Source: Trichoplax adhaerens (taxonomy: Eukaryota; Animalia; Placozoa). From it: a stretch of DNA of 64,000 nucleotides. The notes under the pieces were generated by a model, which was not told the origin of the DNA, did no database searches, and was given only the letters and a program-made list of their open reading frames with translations. Below, one piece after another: positions 13,641-25,961 of this stretch (the first letter of the stretch is position 1; each line of letters opens with the position of its first letter). Location of the stretch: contig NW_002060955.1 of assembly GCF_000150275.1 (NCBI RefSeq), positions 288,886 to 352,885 on the forward strand, given 5' to 3'. Made by a program: the position numbers and the translations under genes.

Positions 13641-15370
13641 ACCTGAGATATGATCCGCCCACCATCATAACAAGGATTTCCATATCTTTGTGTAACATTA
13701 ACAAGTGCTTCAAAATTTGCAACTGCTAGACAATCCACTCTGTAATACGAGATTTTTAAGCTTTCTATTAATCGGTATAGCAATTCTCAGGTAATTAAAA
13801 TAATAAACTTAAGATTCCATCAGCTACAATCGTATTTTCCTATATCAATTGCAAGCGGCTATTGCTTCTTGAAACTCAATTGTAGCAAGCACTACAATAG
13901 ACAAAACGATAGTATAATTTTTGTTGTATTACAGTATTTAGATTAAAATTACTAATGTACTAACGCTTAATTAAAATATAGAAATGCTACCTAACTTATT
14001 ATTTTTTTTAATTTGACTTCCTATTAAACAATAAGTCTTTATTTTTATTGGAAATTTAACTTTAATTGATTATTCTTTAGATATTCGAGACAACTATCAA
14101 GGAATGAAATGTTAATTATTAGCCCCATTATCCAGATTTTTTTCGTCATTTTAATGTAATTCAACTAGCTTTCTGTTGTAGAGTCTAGAAAGTGAATCGT
14201 CATAGATCGTAGATTAAACGATGAGTGATTAATAAATAACCGACAACATACTGGTAGTATTCTCCTAGTAAATCTACTAATAGCTTGCAATTGATTGTGA
14301 CAGATTTTATATTGATATTCGGATTTGCTAGGACTGAACTCGGCTTCAAGGCAATGCCTATGTAGTCTATTTGATTCTGCATTATGTAAAGCTTTTACAT
14401 ATAAACAACATCAAATTATAAAAGATTTACTTTTAATTTAATTTATAGCTACAAGAAATGGCTTGAACTGTGTTATACCCCTATAGATTAGTATAAATGA
14501 GAGAGTTAACGTTCACGTCATAATAGAATAATGTCGATAAATTTTGATGCAATTTGGCTACAACAACGCCACTACATTTTCAATTACGGAAACTTTCAAG
14601 GAATATTGGATAGGCTAGTTTTCTTCTTAACATCATAGTAGAACATTAATAAAGCGTACCTTGATATAAAAAATTGTATTAGAAGTGATGTGTTGCTTTC
14701 CCCTAATATTATTGGAAAAGCATTAATCTCTCATCGAGATTTGGAATTAAATTGAATAACATATCGGTGATTCTGTAACTATTGATACTTTCATCCGCAT
14801 TTACTTATAACATTAATCTCCGTCAACATACAGTATGATACTAAGTAAAGCTTATAAGAAAAAATTGGGCTATGATAGGATCCTTTCAGTATAAAAAGTT
14901 CTTTCTAAAACTATCCCACGTATTTAATTACAAGACAGCTTTCTTCTATCTAACGTGTAATTCTTGAAATATTATTGTCAAAAGGAGTACTATGATAAAG
15001 TTATGTTAAAGATTTGCAAGTACGCAAATAAAGTGGATTAGCAGTTTCGATCGAGCTAGTAGATTTGTGCCAATCGATAACCATTACATTTTATGTCTTA
15101 ATCGACTATGTGATAGACTGTAAGTAAATTGGTCCTTATTTAACTTTAAAGAACAATCAGTTAGAGAATAAAACGTGGATAGAACTAAGCTATATTGCAA
15201 AATGTTGTTACAATGGTGTAAATGGACAATTCTGAATTGACCAAGTTGTACGATATGGTAGCTAATAACAGATATAGATGATTCAATTAGATAGTCTTAA
15301 TTGCATAAAATTAATGTATAATACGTGTATGATATCAATTTTCTTAGTTTTCCAATTTTACAAAACTTAC

Positions 15371-15481
15371 GCTAAAGCTTCTCAACACCGAGCGCGTACG
15401 TAAACGCGTTTTTGTTCGCAGAGAAGTTCGTAACGCGGAAATTGGCTGTTCGCTAGCTGTCGAATTAAGTCGCTGAGCCAT
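15371..15481 (-). CDS. Candidate alternative first coding exon of the CNBD2-like gene
   Basis: ATG, 37 open codons (MAQRLNSTASEQPISALRTSLRTKTRLRTRSVLRSFS), then a GTAAG donor in phase 0 that matches the phase-0 acceptor at 9871. CpG-rich island in AT-rich DNA. Confidence 0.55.
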
Positions 15482-16733
15482 TATAATAGCTTTAACTTCC
15501 ACTTTACAGACTAAATCTATTCGCTCAGTGGACTATAATAATAAACCTTGGAATATATCTGTTATTTTCTATGTCAGGAAGATGAAACTTGACAACGTTA
15601 TAACGTGGCTGATCCCTGTTAATTATTGAAATAAAAGTACCGTATTCCTTGATTCTTCTCCATATTAAATACTTGGTAGACAATACTGGTCGCTTATGAA
15701 AAGTAGAGGAAAATCAATTGATTGAAAATATAGAAACAGCATTCAATGTAAATTAAAAGATGGATGTCATTGATGACTACTGAAGAGAATTTATCCTATA
15801 TTATCATGACATTAAGTTGTAAAATGATGAAAATCAAGGCGTCTCGATGACATCGAATATATCATTGTTGCTATAGAGTCATTTATTTGTTTGTATTGCT
15901 AGGACAGTCGTTTACTAGATAGCTATTGTTTCCTGTTATGTTTTTCAATAGATAACTTATGGTATCTATTCATGGTGAACAATGCTATCTTTAGATACGT
16001 TATTGTACATTCTTGAAAATGATTCGCTAATCAATCGCTTTACTTTTCAATAGGATGTAATAACAACTAGCCAACCTTCATAACTCACAAAGGTGTTCAA
16101 CATGCTTAAATCAGATTGATTATAACCGATGGCAGTAGAAATAGTAAATGGTTAATCCTTCTTTAAAATAATGAGTTATTTTGACATGCAGATATAAGTT
16201 CGAAACCAGTAGGCGATAAAAATAATCTAAGCAATGTTACTATGGAGAAGATTAGACTGCAATTGTCATTGTACATATTGGATGGGACATTTGCAGGTAT
16301 AATCGATATCAATATTATAAGATTTCATGAATGCTCAAGAACAATGATTTCAATGATGCAGTATGTTGTAATTATATTTTAATTTACTCCATTATTTGCC
16401 TAAGATGGCTATTTTGTTGATATTAACAGATGTAATATTACGTCAGCAGCTGCATGGATGAAATTTGCAGCAGCGGTTATACTTTCTGTACATCTTTATT
16501 ACTTTGTTTCATTTTATAAATTGAATGGATAGTCACTTCGTCTCCTTATGACAGTTTTCGTTATGGGAGTATTGTAAGCTAGCAGTACTTGAATGTATGT
16601 TATTATGCTACTGTTGTAGAGATTAAGCGCACCGTTAATTACAGTAATATGAACACCTGTCGAAAGCGGTAAAAGAAACTCCAATACCTCTACTAGTCGG
16701 GCAGAAGTGTCTACGATTGATCCAAATATATCC

Positions 16734-16957
16734 CAGCCTTGTAGTGTACTGTCAGCATTAAGTTGGAAAATAAAGCATGCTGGCTGACTGGAATAGGTAT
16801 TTGCTCGATTCAAATCTATTATTATCTAATAATAATAATAAATAATAATTTATTTATGTGTCGCAGCCTTCAAGTGTACTGTCAGCATTAAGTTGGAAAA
16901 TAAAGCATGCTGGCAGACTGGAATAGGTATTTGCTCGATTCAAGTCTATTATTATCT
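16734..16957. repeat. 94 bp direct repeat flanking a 36 bp (AAT)n-containing insert
   Basis: Copies at 16734-16827 and 16864-16957 differ at 4 positions; insert 16828-16863. Confidence 0.9.
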
Positions 16958-17903
16958 CCATTAGCGAAATGAAATTTCAAAATTAGCCTCGTCCGAACCA
17001 TTGCTTCAGCTTGATACCCTTATAACATCCCAAGCCAACTTGCAGATTCAAAATAAAATTGAATCATGAAAAATAAAATGAATTTAGAATTTTATAGATT
17101 CATGATCAGAGATAATAAGCAAGTTCTATAGTCTGCATAAGCTGAGGGAACTTGCCCATTTATTTGATCTATTTCAAATATATCAATTTATAGATTACGT
17201 AGTTACTAATAAGACAACACCACGCTGTATACTATAGTTCGAAGTGTTTGGACTGATTCTGCGTACTGTTGTGCAGTGAGTACAGGATGTCTGCATCCGT
17301 CTGTCTGTATATACACACACTTACGTGTACCACACTGACGACACCGTGCATTGTGCAAGAACTCGATCACTCTTGGACGGACAGACATGATGTCATTCAA
17401 ATCTTGGTCCAAACACTGCAATATGATCGATTTTGACTGAATTAACTGATTTTTTTCTAAGTTAAATAGTCTAACATTGAACCTTATTATCTGTTACGAA
17501 ATTTTTTCTTGGAAACAGTTCTATAAGATCGTCCATCTTTTAAAATTAGACCAAGTAGCCATTTTTCGATATTTTACGTTCTTCTTTGGCAAAAATAGGT
17601 CCGTCCATCCGCCAGCATGCTATGGTTGGGTAACAGTATAGTACAAGCGAGATCTTGATGGGCTGGTCCTGTCCGGACCGTCGTCTGAAGCCTCGTACTG
17701 TACTTCAAGTGTACTGTACTGTACTGTACGCCACGAGACGTAACGATACCAGTAGCGTTCTCGGAATGAAGAAATAGCTGTCTGGTGCGGCTCTTTCCAT
17801 CCATAGTGATGTATGCTTTTGTTCCATTTGGCCCAGTTCAATATAGGCTAAACAGCAGCCCATAGTCCCCCCCCACTCTATTCCATCTGCTAGAGCAATC
17901 AAA

Positions 17904-19703
17904 ATGTCGTGGCGGCCAGCTTTGTCGCAAACGGTCAGAGAATTGCGAATCCATCTTTGCCAAAAGTCTTCAAGTAGTCAAGGAGCACGGTGAGTAATTC
18001 CACTATCAAATGATTGTTTGGTTGATATCTCTATGCATCGATTAAGGGATAGCCGGACGCGATCGGTGATGCAGTAATACGAATAGAAGGAGTTTTAAAT
18101 CGAGAACGTTTTAGGCCTTGGAAACCATTTGAGATTCCGTCTTGAACGAGAAGGATATTGCGAAATGATGCTTCATAGGAGTCTAATTGTGGATTCTGCT
18201 GCGGCAATTTGCAGTAATTAGAGACGACTACATTATAGGATGCAGCAATTGGAAATACAAATGATTCTCACTATGAAAATATGTTCGGATAAGAGTAGCT
18301 TCAACAGCGCCGTTTGGCTAGTAAACGTTAGATTAGCTGAATGTTGTACTCGTGTACTTGGAAACTCCTAGCGCAAACAACATCTTGAGTGTGCAAGAGA
18401 TTACTCTGGGTAGCCGAGAGTGAACTACCGTAGGCATATTATAGTGCAGTTATGATTGCTTAGTATAATTATTAGAGAAAATTCTGCTGGTTTTGCTGAA
18501 CGTTAAACCAGTAAAAATGAACTCGATGAATCGATGTTATTCTCTCTTCGAGGAAGCAACTGTATACGTATTGATAGCCATTTTCCTACCCATACTGTAT
18601 TCGGATGATTGATTTTTCGTCTTGATGAAACATGCAGATCCACTCGGGGCGATAAGTTACTTCCTGATTCACTATCACCAATGCTAAAGTTTCAATATGC
18701 ATTTTCTTGAATAGGAGTACATGCGACAGAATAATCGATTATAAAGTCCATTTGATCAGGCACTCAATAAATAGCTTGGATTCAATTCAGATTATTCTAC
18801 GCTTGATTCATACTTGTTGTTCATACAAGTGATACTGTATTGACTGCCAATTCGATCACCATGGAACTAAGCCGAACTGTAATTAGTGATATAACAAGAT
18901 TACAACGCATTTACTATCTCTTTCTTGAGTTGAAGCTCAGCGTAACTAGACAAGCACTTTTAAAATTGATACAATCAATGTTCTACTCTTGAACTATCGT
19001 CAAAACAATCCAAGCGATTTGTGACAACGCAGGCATATCAATTAAATTCTAAATAAGACTAGAAAGTTTTCGTTTTAGTTCTTATGTAGTCCATTATAGT
19101 TCTCGTTTAATTTTGAAATATTCTTCATGTAATAGGCAATTCATCGAGAAGAATTATGTTCAATTGAAGAAGGATAATCCAAAATTGCCTATACTTATTC
19201 GAGAATGCAGCGGTGTTGAAGCAAAGATGTATGCTCGTTTTGGTAAGCCAAATTTGTATTTGGTAGCAACATTTCATATTGACTTGAATCTTAAATACTG
19301 CAAGCATAATAAATAGCAGTAAATCTTTTAGAAATGTATACTGTTCGATCATATGATGGTTATCCAAAGAACATGAGATATGGATACTTGATAGATATAA
19401 ATTTAATTGGTTATTAAATTAGTTTATGGCTTTTCTATAGAATGGTATCGACACTAGATGATGTAAACGTTGCCTTAAAACTTAAAAACATCTTTGTTTT
19501 ACAATAGTATTTGAAGCTGCACTAGCGTAAAATGTTGGAATTGATCACATCTAATATTAATCAGGCTATAACAGGATCTTTTGCTAATCGTACTACTATT
19601 ATTCTTGATAGCATACGGGAAAGAGGAAGTCTATACCATTGCTAACAAGAGCGAAAGTCAAATTCAAGATGTAATAAAGACATTAGCTCAAAATGCTGCT
19701 TAA
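17904..19703 (+). CDS. NDUFA2: NADH dehydrogenase 1 alpha subcomplex subunit 2 (B8)
   Basis: Exons 17904-17989, 19136-19242, 19612-19703. Protein: [70 protein letters not shown]... Confidence 0.95.
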
Positions 19704-20226
19704 ACCAGAAAAAGTTATTTCTATCTTTTTTTAACTTGTTATAAGCTCACTATTAATACACACTCTCAACTGTACAGTACGATACTCTAATGTCTTTACT
19801 ATTTTATAGCGGTGCAAATAAAGTAACAAATGTTTAAACAGTGAACGTTATCAAAATCAAAAGCTAATTTAATAAGTGAAATAAGTTTTTGATCGCTGCC
19901 ACTGATAGCTCTAACTCTTGAAGTCTAGATGAGCTGTACCACATATAATGAATGATGCAGTATACAGTAGCTATATATTCTGTGAGATTCAGAAGCTAAG
20001 GCTATAAAACTGGCTTGTAAGCTGTTGCTTTTATTGTCGTTTTATCTATTCGACATGCGATACTTGTATCTACTTCTAAAAACTGAATAAAATATTTCTT
20101 ACAATTTTGTGTCTCTTAGCATAACCTGAACTTATGCTAGCTAAGTTAGATCGTGCACTTGATAGGAATAAGGGCGTTCTAGCTGCAGAAAGAGCTATCA
20201 AGTAAATTGTAAGATTTTGTAACAAT

Positions 20227-20743
20227 CGACTGTTGATTCGATATATCCATTTCCTACAGTGGTACAGTAATACGAGTTAGAGGCTAAATAGTTCAGTACA
20301 GTATATCTTCGACATAATGAATCAGTGATTAATAACTACTGTAATTAATTCCGACACTTTTTCATAAAACATCATTCACCCTCCTTCAACATGCAGTGCT
20401 GTATATCTTAACGAGAGTTTTTTTGATAATTTTTTCTTTCTCATAATCTAGCATAATTATGACGACAGTTCATACAGTATTGCATTTCTTACAAACGACT
20501 GTTGATTTGATATATCCATTTCCCACAGTGGTACAGTAATACGAGTTAGAGGCTAAATAGTTCAGTACAGTATATCTTCGACATAACGAATCATTTGATT
20601 AATAATTACTGTAATTAATTCCGACACTTTTTCATAAAACATCATTCACCCTCCTTCAACAAGCAGTACTGTATATCTTACGAGAGTTTTTTCATAATTT
20701 GTCATAATTATGACAACAGTTCGTACAGTATTGCATTTCTTAC
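20227..20743. repeat. Recent tandem duplication, about 269 bp unit, 2 copies
   Basis: Near-identical copies start CGACTGTTGATT at 20227 and 20496; the second has a short internal deletion. Confidence 0.9.
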
Positions 20744-21071
20744 CAACCTAAAACCGTCTTAATTGCGTCAAACACATCGTAACGTACAATATTATCTCTA
20801 ACGTTCTAATAAAATCACCACCACCCGTGCACCTACATTCTGAATATTTTATCATTTACAATCCGTCAAAAATATTACTTTCAATACTGTCACCCTCACT
20901 TATGCTACGGAGTGGAATAATGCTCTTCTACCATGATTTAAGTAATGTCCAAGAGACCGCACATGTTAGATTGGAGTACACATCAAAGATTACCTTATAA
21001 ATTGAATAATGTACCATTGACATTTTATTTGTTAACTAAGAAACTGTACATGGTAAAAGTTGAATTAAGAT

Positions 21072-23243
21072 TTAAACACTTTCTTGCACTGGGGGTTCGT
21101 ATCCATCGCGACGAACGGCAGAACCTGCATCACCACTGGAAGCAACGCCTTCACCATGTAATTCAAGCAATTTTGCAGCTGCAAAAGATACAGGCATTAT
21201 TATAAACATATATCTGATTTTGTTTAACCAAGTAGAGCCAAAATCAATCAAAACTTACTGTCAAGCTTTGGCTTTTTTAAAACCTTGACTTTTCGAATGT
21301 AAACATCGTGTAATGGATAAATTGATTGACAAGACTTTTCAATGTCTTTGCCGATACTATCTGGGATTCTATAGGCAGATGCAATAAAATTAATATACTT
21401 TACGTTAGCATGTATGTTGTAGATTGTTCGCTGTAAGCGGTTGAAACTATAAATGCAATAATTATAACAGTCTTGTATAACCCGCTCAAATCGTGATTCA
21501 ATACAATTTCGAATAAAACTTACAATCTGTTGACTACTTCTTTCAGATCAATTGCTGAAACTTCTCGTGTAATGATATCAGTCATTTTTTTCCTGATAGA
21601 ACGACACTGAGAAGTTTTGGCGTAGGCTGTTTTCTTTATTTGGTTGGGCCTCTTTTTAGTAAAACCAATAGCAAAGAATCTGAGCAAATATCCATCAGTG
21701 GTCTTAGCATCAATATGGGCTTCAATTAATGTCTGTTGGGAAGTGGTCAAAGATGAGCAACATTAAAATTGCTGTTTGGTAACTTTTTCACATCAATACG
21801 GATGCAAGACTAACACATGATATTCATTGACTAAAACGAAATAGTCAAGCACAAGAACAATCCCAGCTGCATGAAATCTTATTCTATCCTTAATGCTGTA
21901 TTCCATTTTTCAACAATAACTACACTACTATCATTTGAATCTAGTCATGGTTTCGAAGATAGTCAACATTACCTGCCATTTTTTAACAAGGGACTTCAAT
22001 TTATCAGATGTCATACTCATGCCGTGGAAATTTGTTAAAACGCTCTTTCCCAATACTTCTTCAGCAATTAAGCGAAATTTCCTAAAGGCAATCTCTCCAT
22101 TCTGCAAATCAGCCAAAGAAACCTCGAATACGCGGCCCTTCAAACCGTCCGAAGCGATTTCTGTAAACGAAGCAAGATAGCGTAATTACATATGGCTGTT
22201 TTATGATCCTTATTCTACCGAGAGAAAAAATACTTTGCTGCAATTCGAGTCTTTATTGTAGAGTAAACCTGACTTGATGTTATATAAGGTCTAGAATACG
22301 TACTTGTTCCGCTGGTGCGATTGACGAGAGTTTTACCGATGTTACGAACAGCAAATTGCGAAGGTGCTTTAACATCATACCAGTCCTTTTTAGTGAAGGG
22401 GTCAATTCTGTATTTGAAATAGAGTCGAAACAAGTCTTAGTTCATCCGTGATGGATCACTTTGTACAAAATTACTTTTTACTTGCGTCAATACAGCAGTT
22501 AAGAAACCAAGAGAAGAATTTTGAATATAATACATATTTTTTAGGTGGGAATGAATTTGGATTTCCACCTCTCACATCAAAAAAGGCCTAGCAATCTACG
22601 AGGACAGTACAGTTCGTGTATAAAAGCATGAAATGTTAACATCGAATGATTACTATCTCGTGTACGTAGCCTGAAAGGGTTGATACCTACTGTAGATTGT
22701 ATTTCTCTACGCAAAAACTAATCAGACCCATTGATGGATCCTATCGTATGTAAACTATCCCAATGTAAAGTTGACGGTGAGCAGCTGTAATCCATCGATT
22801 CAATCCAGGTTTACTGTATTGTACAGCACACTTCAATTCTTCTCATGACTACTGTACTACAGGGTGTGAAATCGGTAAAAGTCGGGAATAAGCATACATT
22901 TCCTTCCACTAAAGTATAGTAAGGCCCATTAGCATAGCGTTGAATACTTTATCAAGGCCTATACTATTTGAAAAGCAAGATAGCGTTGATCTATGTAGCC
23001 CCTAGCCAGCCATAATGATGGTCAAGTTGTACCAAGTCGCAACGTGAACTGTATTTGTTAAAAGCGTGGTGGGTGAAATGGATCATCCAGAAATCACGGT
23101 CATCGTCGCATGAATAGCTAAAATAACAGTTTTACCATGGAGATAACTAGCATCTTTATGAAATAAAACAGAATTGGATCTTACATCTTCTTCTTTTGCC
23201 CCTTTTTTCCTTTAGTGAGTCTCTTATTTTTACCGACCGCCAT
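21072..23243 (-). CDS. RPS3A: 40S ribosomal protein S3a (eS1)
   Basis: Exons approx 23243-23185, 22407-22304, 22160-21973, 21732-21524, 21369-21260, 21178-21072. Peptides [59 protein letters not shown], ending PPVQESV*. Confidence 0.98.
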
Positions 23244-23275
23244 GGTTGATCTACGATACGGTTCGACGTAGAAGC

Positions 23276-23284
23276 GAAAAGGAA
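23276..23284 (-). promoter_or_regulatory. Polypyrimidine initiator (TCT motif / 5'TOP) of RPS3A
   Basis: Minus-strand TTCCTTTTC about 35 nt upstream of the ATG, as expected for ribosomal protein genes. Confidence 0.6.
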
Positions 23285-23329
23285 CGATTACGCCTGCTAA
23301 GCTAGCATTACCCTCATCACGATCCGTGA

Positions 23330-23777
23330 CGACAGTATCACGTGACGCAGACTTGCAGTACCTGTCCTGCGTAGAACATGTGGTACAGTAGGGTGTACAG
23401 TACAGCGCGTTACAGTATACTGTACAGAGCAGTACTGTACAGTACTGTACACTGTACTGTACAGTACTATCGAGATAAAAGAAAGAGCCTTTCTTCTCTA
23501 CAGTACAGTACATACCGTACTGTACTGTAGAGAAGAAGATGGACTCCATAAGATTGAGGACCGATTCAATTCAAGCAATCAGTAACGACAGTATCACGTG
23601 ATGAGGACTTGCCGTACCGTAGTGTCCTGCGTAGAATATGTGATACGGTAGGGTGTACAGTACGTTACAGTACTGTATACCGTACTGTCGAGATAAAAGA
23701 AAGAGCCTTTCTTCTCTACAGTACTGTAGAGAAGAAGATGGACTCCATAAGATTGAGGACCGATCCAATTCAAGCAA
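23330..23777. repeat. Tandem duplication of an RPS3A/NRF1 intergenic module with TCACGTGA E-box and central palindrome
   Basis: Copies ~23330-23578 and ~23586-23777. TCACGTGA at 23338-23345 and 23594-23601. Palindromes at 23491-23537 and 23709-23736. Confidence 0.9.
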
Positions 23778-24731
23778 AAGCTACAGGAAAAATAAAACAA
23801 TATGCAGTAATATGAACGATCATTTCTGAAATAAAACATGCATGAATTGATAAAGCAGCTTCTGGTGGGTCGTTCAAAGTACTATTGCGCACTACAGTAT
23901 GAATCCATTTTTGCTGTGTTGAACTACGCTACAGTGTACAGTACCATCACCATCGCTCCTGCAAGGATGGACTACTGGAAAAGAACGACATTGCGGTACT
24001 GTATCGCATACAGTACTGTACACTAGTGGTGTTGAGCTTGAGATTGGAACCAGAAACAAGCGACTATGTACTTTTCTGCATCTTTGCATGGAAGCAAGTC
24101 AGAATAATTGTCCATTTCTCTGCAATATACAGGTAATGTAGGAGTATGCCCACTTCAGTGTGTTGTGTATTTATATTAGTTTGTGTCACGGAATCCAGGT
24201 TACTACAAATCCTAACATTAAAAAATGATGTTATATGACGCCGTTGTAGAACATTGGAATTGACCAGTCCTCCATGTGACCTGTGGCCAGGCAGTCTACC
24301 ATAGTTTGTACTGTGCTTTACCGTACATGTACTGTGCTGATTGCAGTAAAAACATCAGGCGGTACAGTACAACCACTGTAGAAATTGACGCGGCCATTAA
24401 ATACTGACGCTGAGCAAAATTACAACATTTGAAGTTTTTTGTGCGCAAGGCTGAAGATTAGTGAAGAAGAAATCGCGCATCTTTTTTACTGAGTCTGCTC
24501 GAAAAGTAAGTTGAGAAAGGAATAGACGTAATCCAAGTTGAATGATACAGCCACAACGATTGCTGTTGTGCTCGTGGAAATGTTTCCAACCAAAAGAATT
24601 TCTCTCTCGCTTAACTAATTTTTCCATTTCTTTTTTTTCCTTTTTTCATCCACCATGGCACTACTTTGCAATCATTCCGCTTTTGTGAACAATTTTGGCG
24701 GGCAAATAGTTGTTTGTCTACAGAAATCACC

Positions 24732-25961
24732 ATGTCAGACGATCGATCAGAGCCTTCATCACCTGAATCAGCGTACGACGATGGCCAACTACTGAATCCG
24801 AACATGAATGATGAGATTACCAATCAGTTAGCAATTTCAGGTCCGGTTGGTGTAGCGGCTGCTGCTGCTGTGGCTACTGGCCGTAAGCGTAAAAGAGGCC
24901 ACACGTTTGAGACCAATCCATCCATTCGTAAAAGACAACAGACTCGTCTTCTACGGAAGATGCGTGATGTTTTGGATGAATATACCGTTCGCGTTGGACA
25001 ACAAGCCGCGATAATATGTTGTACACCAAGCAAGCCCAATGAGATTTTCAAAGCTTTTGGCGCAAAGCCGTTAGAAGATGTATTAAGAAATCTAAAACCG
25101 GTAATCATGCAAAATTTAGATAATGCTTTACAACAACAAGCACCCCAAGTACAGCAAGATAACACTGGCTTATTCGAGTTACCACCTCTTGTTTGCGATG
25201 GGATACCTACTCCAGTAGATAAAATGACTCAGGCGCAGTTGAGGGCATTTATTCCATTAATGCTCAAGTATTCTACTGGCCGTGGTAAGCCTGGATGGGG
25301 CAAGGAATCGTTAAAACCTGCGTGGTGGCCCAAAGATTTACCTTGGCAAAATGTACGAAGTGATGCTAGAAGTGAAGAAGAGAAACAACGTGTTCCCTGG
25401 ACGCAAGCATTAAGGGATATTATTAAAAGTTGTTACAAACATCATGGACGGGAAGATCTTCTACCTGAATTTACTGATGCTGCGGAATTGAAAAAAGGCC
25501 CTAGTGCACATTATGCCTCTCAACATATGATTCAAATTAATAATGGAGACGGCACTGTCACAGTATTATCGCTTGATCCATCACAAGGTATACCTGATGC
25601 AACGGAAACATCACAAGCCATTGCTGCTTTAAAAGCACAGGGTGATCTTGGCTTGACCAGTGGACAGCAAGGTGTGACCATCGAATTTCATGGTTCTTCT
25701 ATGATGGTTCCACAGCAAACTGGAGAGGTGACTGCAGCAGAAGTACTTGCAGGATCACTCCAGCATGATCATAACACTGGTAATTTGGTTGAAGCCCACG
25801 AACATAATCAACAAGTAGTTCAAATGCACCAGCAAACTTCATCTTCTCAAGGCCACCACATTCCTGGTTTGCCTCGTGTTACGATGGCGAATTCTGTCAT
25901 CAATGATCAGAGCGAGGTCCCGTCAGCTTCAGAAGCTGTAGAAGTTGTTACCATGAATTAA
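24732..25961 (+). CDS. NRF1: Nuclear respiratory factor 1 (NRF1/ewg/P3A2 family), single coding exon
   Basis: GPVGVAAAAAVATGRKRKRGHTFETNPSIRKRQQTRLLRK, LMLKYSTGRGKPGWG and WWPKDLPWQNVRSD are diagnostic. First ATG at 24732, just after an acceptor-like ...TCTACAG ending at 24723. Confidence 0.97.
   Translation: MSDDRSEPSSPESAYDDGQLLNPNMNDEITNQLAISGPVGVAAAAAVATGRKRKRGHTFETNPSIRKRQQTRLLRKMRDVLDEYTVRVGQQAAIICCTPSKPNEIFKAFGAKPLEDVLRNLKPVIMQNLDNALQQQAPQVQQDNTGLFELPPLVCDGIPTPVDKMTQAQLRAFIPLMLKYSTGRGKPGWGKESLKPAWWPKDLPWQNVRSDARSEEEKQRVPWTQALRDIIKSCYKHHGREDLLPEFTDAAELKKGPSAHYASQHMIQINNGDGTVTVLSLDPSQGIPDATETSQAIAALKAQGDLGLTSGQQGVTIEFHGSSMMVPQQTGEVTAAEVLAGSLQHDHNTGNLVEAHEHNQQVVQMHQQTSSSQGHHIPGLPRVTMANSVINDQSEVPSASEAVEVVTMN

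Noticed and set aside
22408-23184. Intronic snoRNA (such as U73) in RPS3A intron 1, including a hairpin at ~22915-22967
   Set aside because: No convincing C/D box pair or H and ACA boxes found by eye.
23181-24089. Short ORFs rich in STVQY/YCTV here and at 17.6, 36.5, 39.6-40.9 and 52.5-54 kb
   Set aside because: They are translations of TACAG/CTGTA repeats. Only the last ~20 codons of 23181-23549 are real (RPS3A exon 1).
24824-25165. Antisense ORFs over NRF1 (also over RPS3A, NDUFA2 and TMEM165 exons)
   Set aside because: Shadow frames of real coding exons with no independent evidence.
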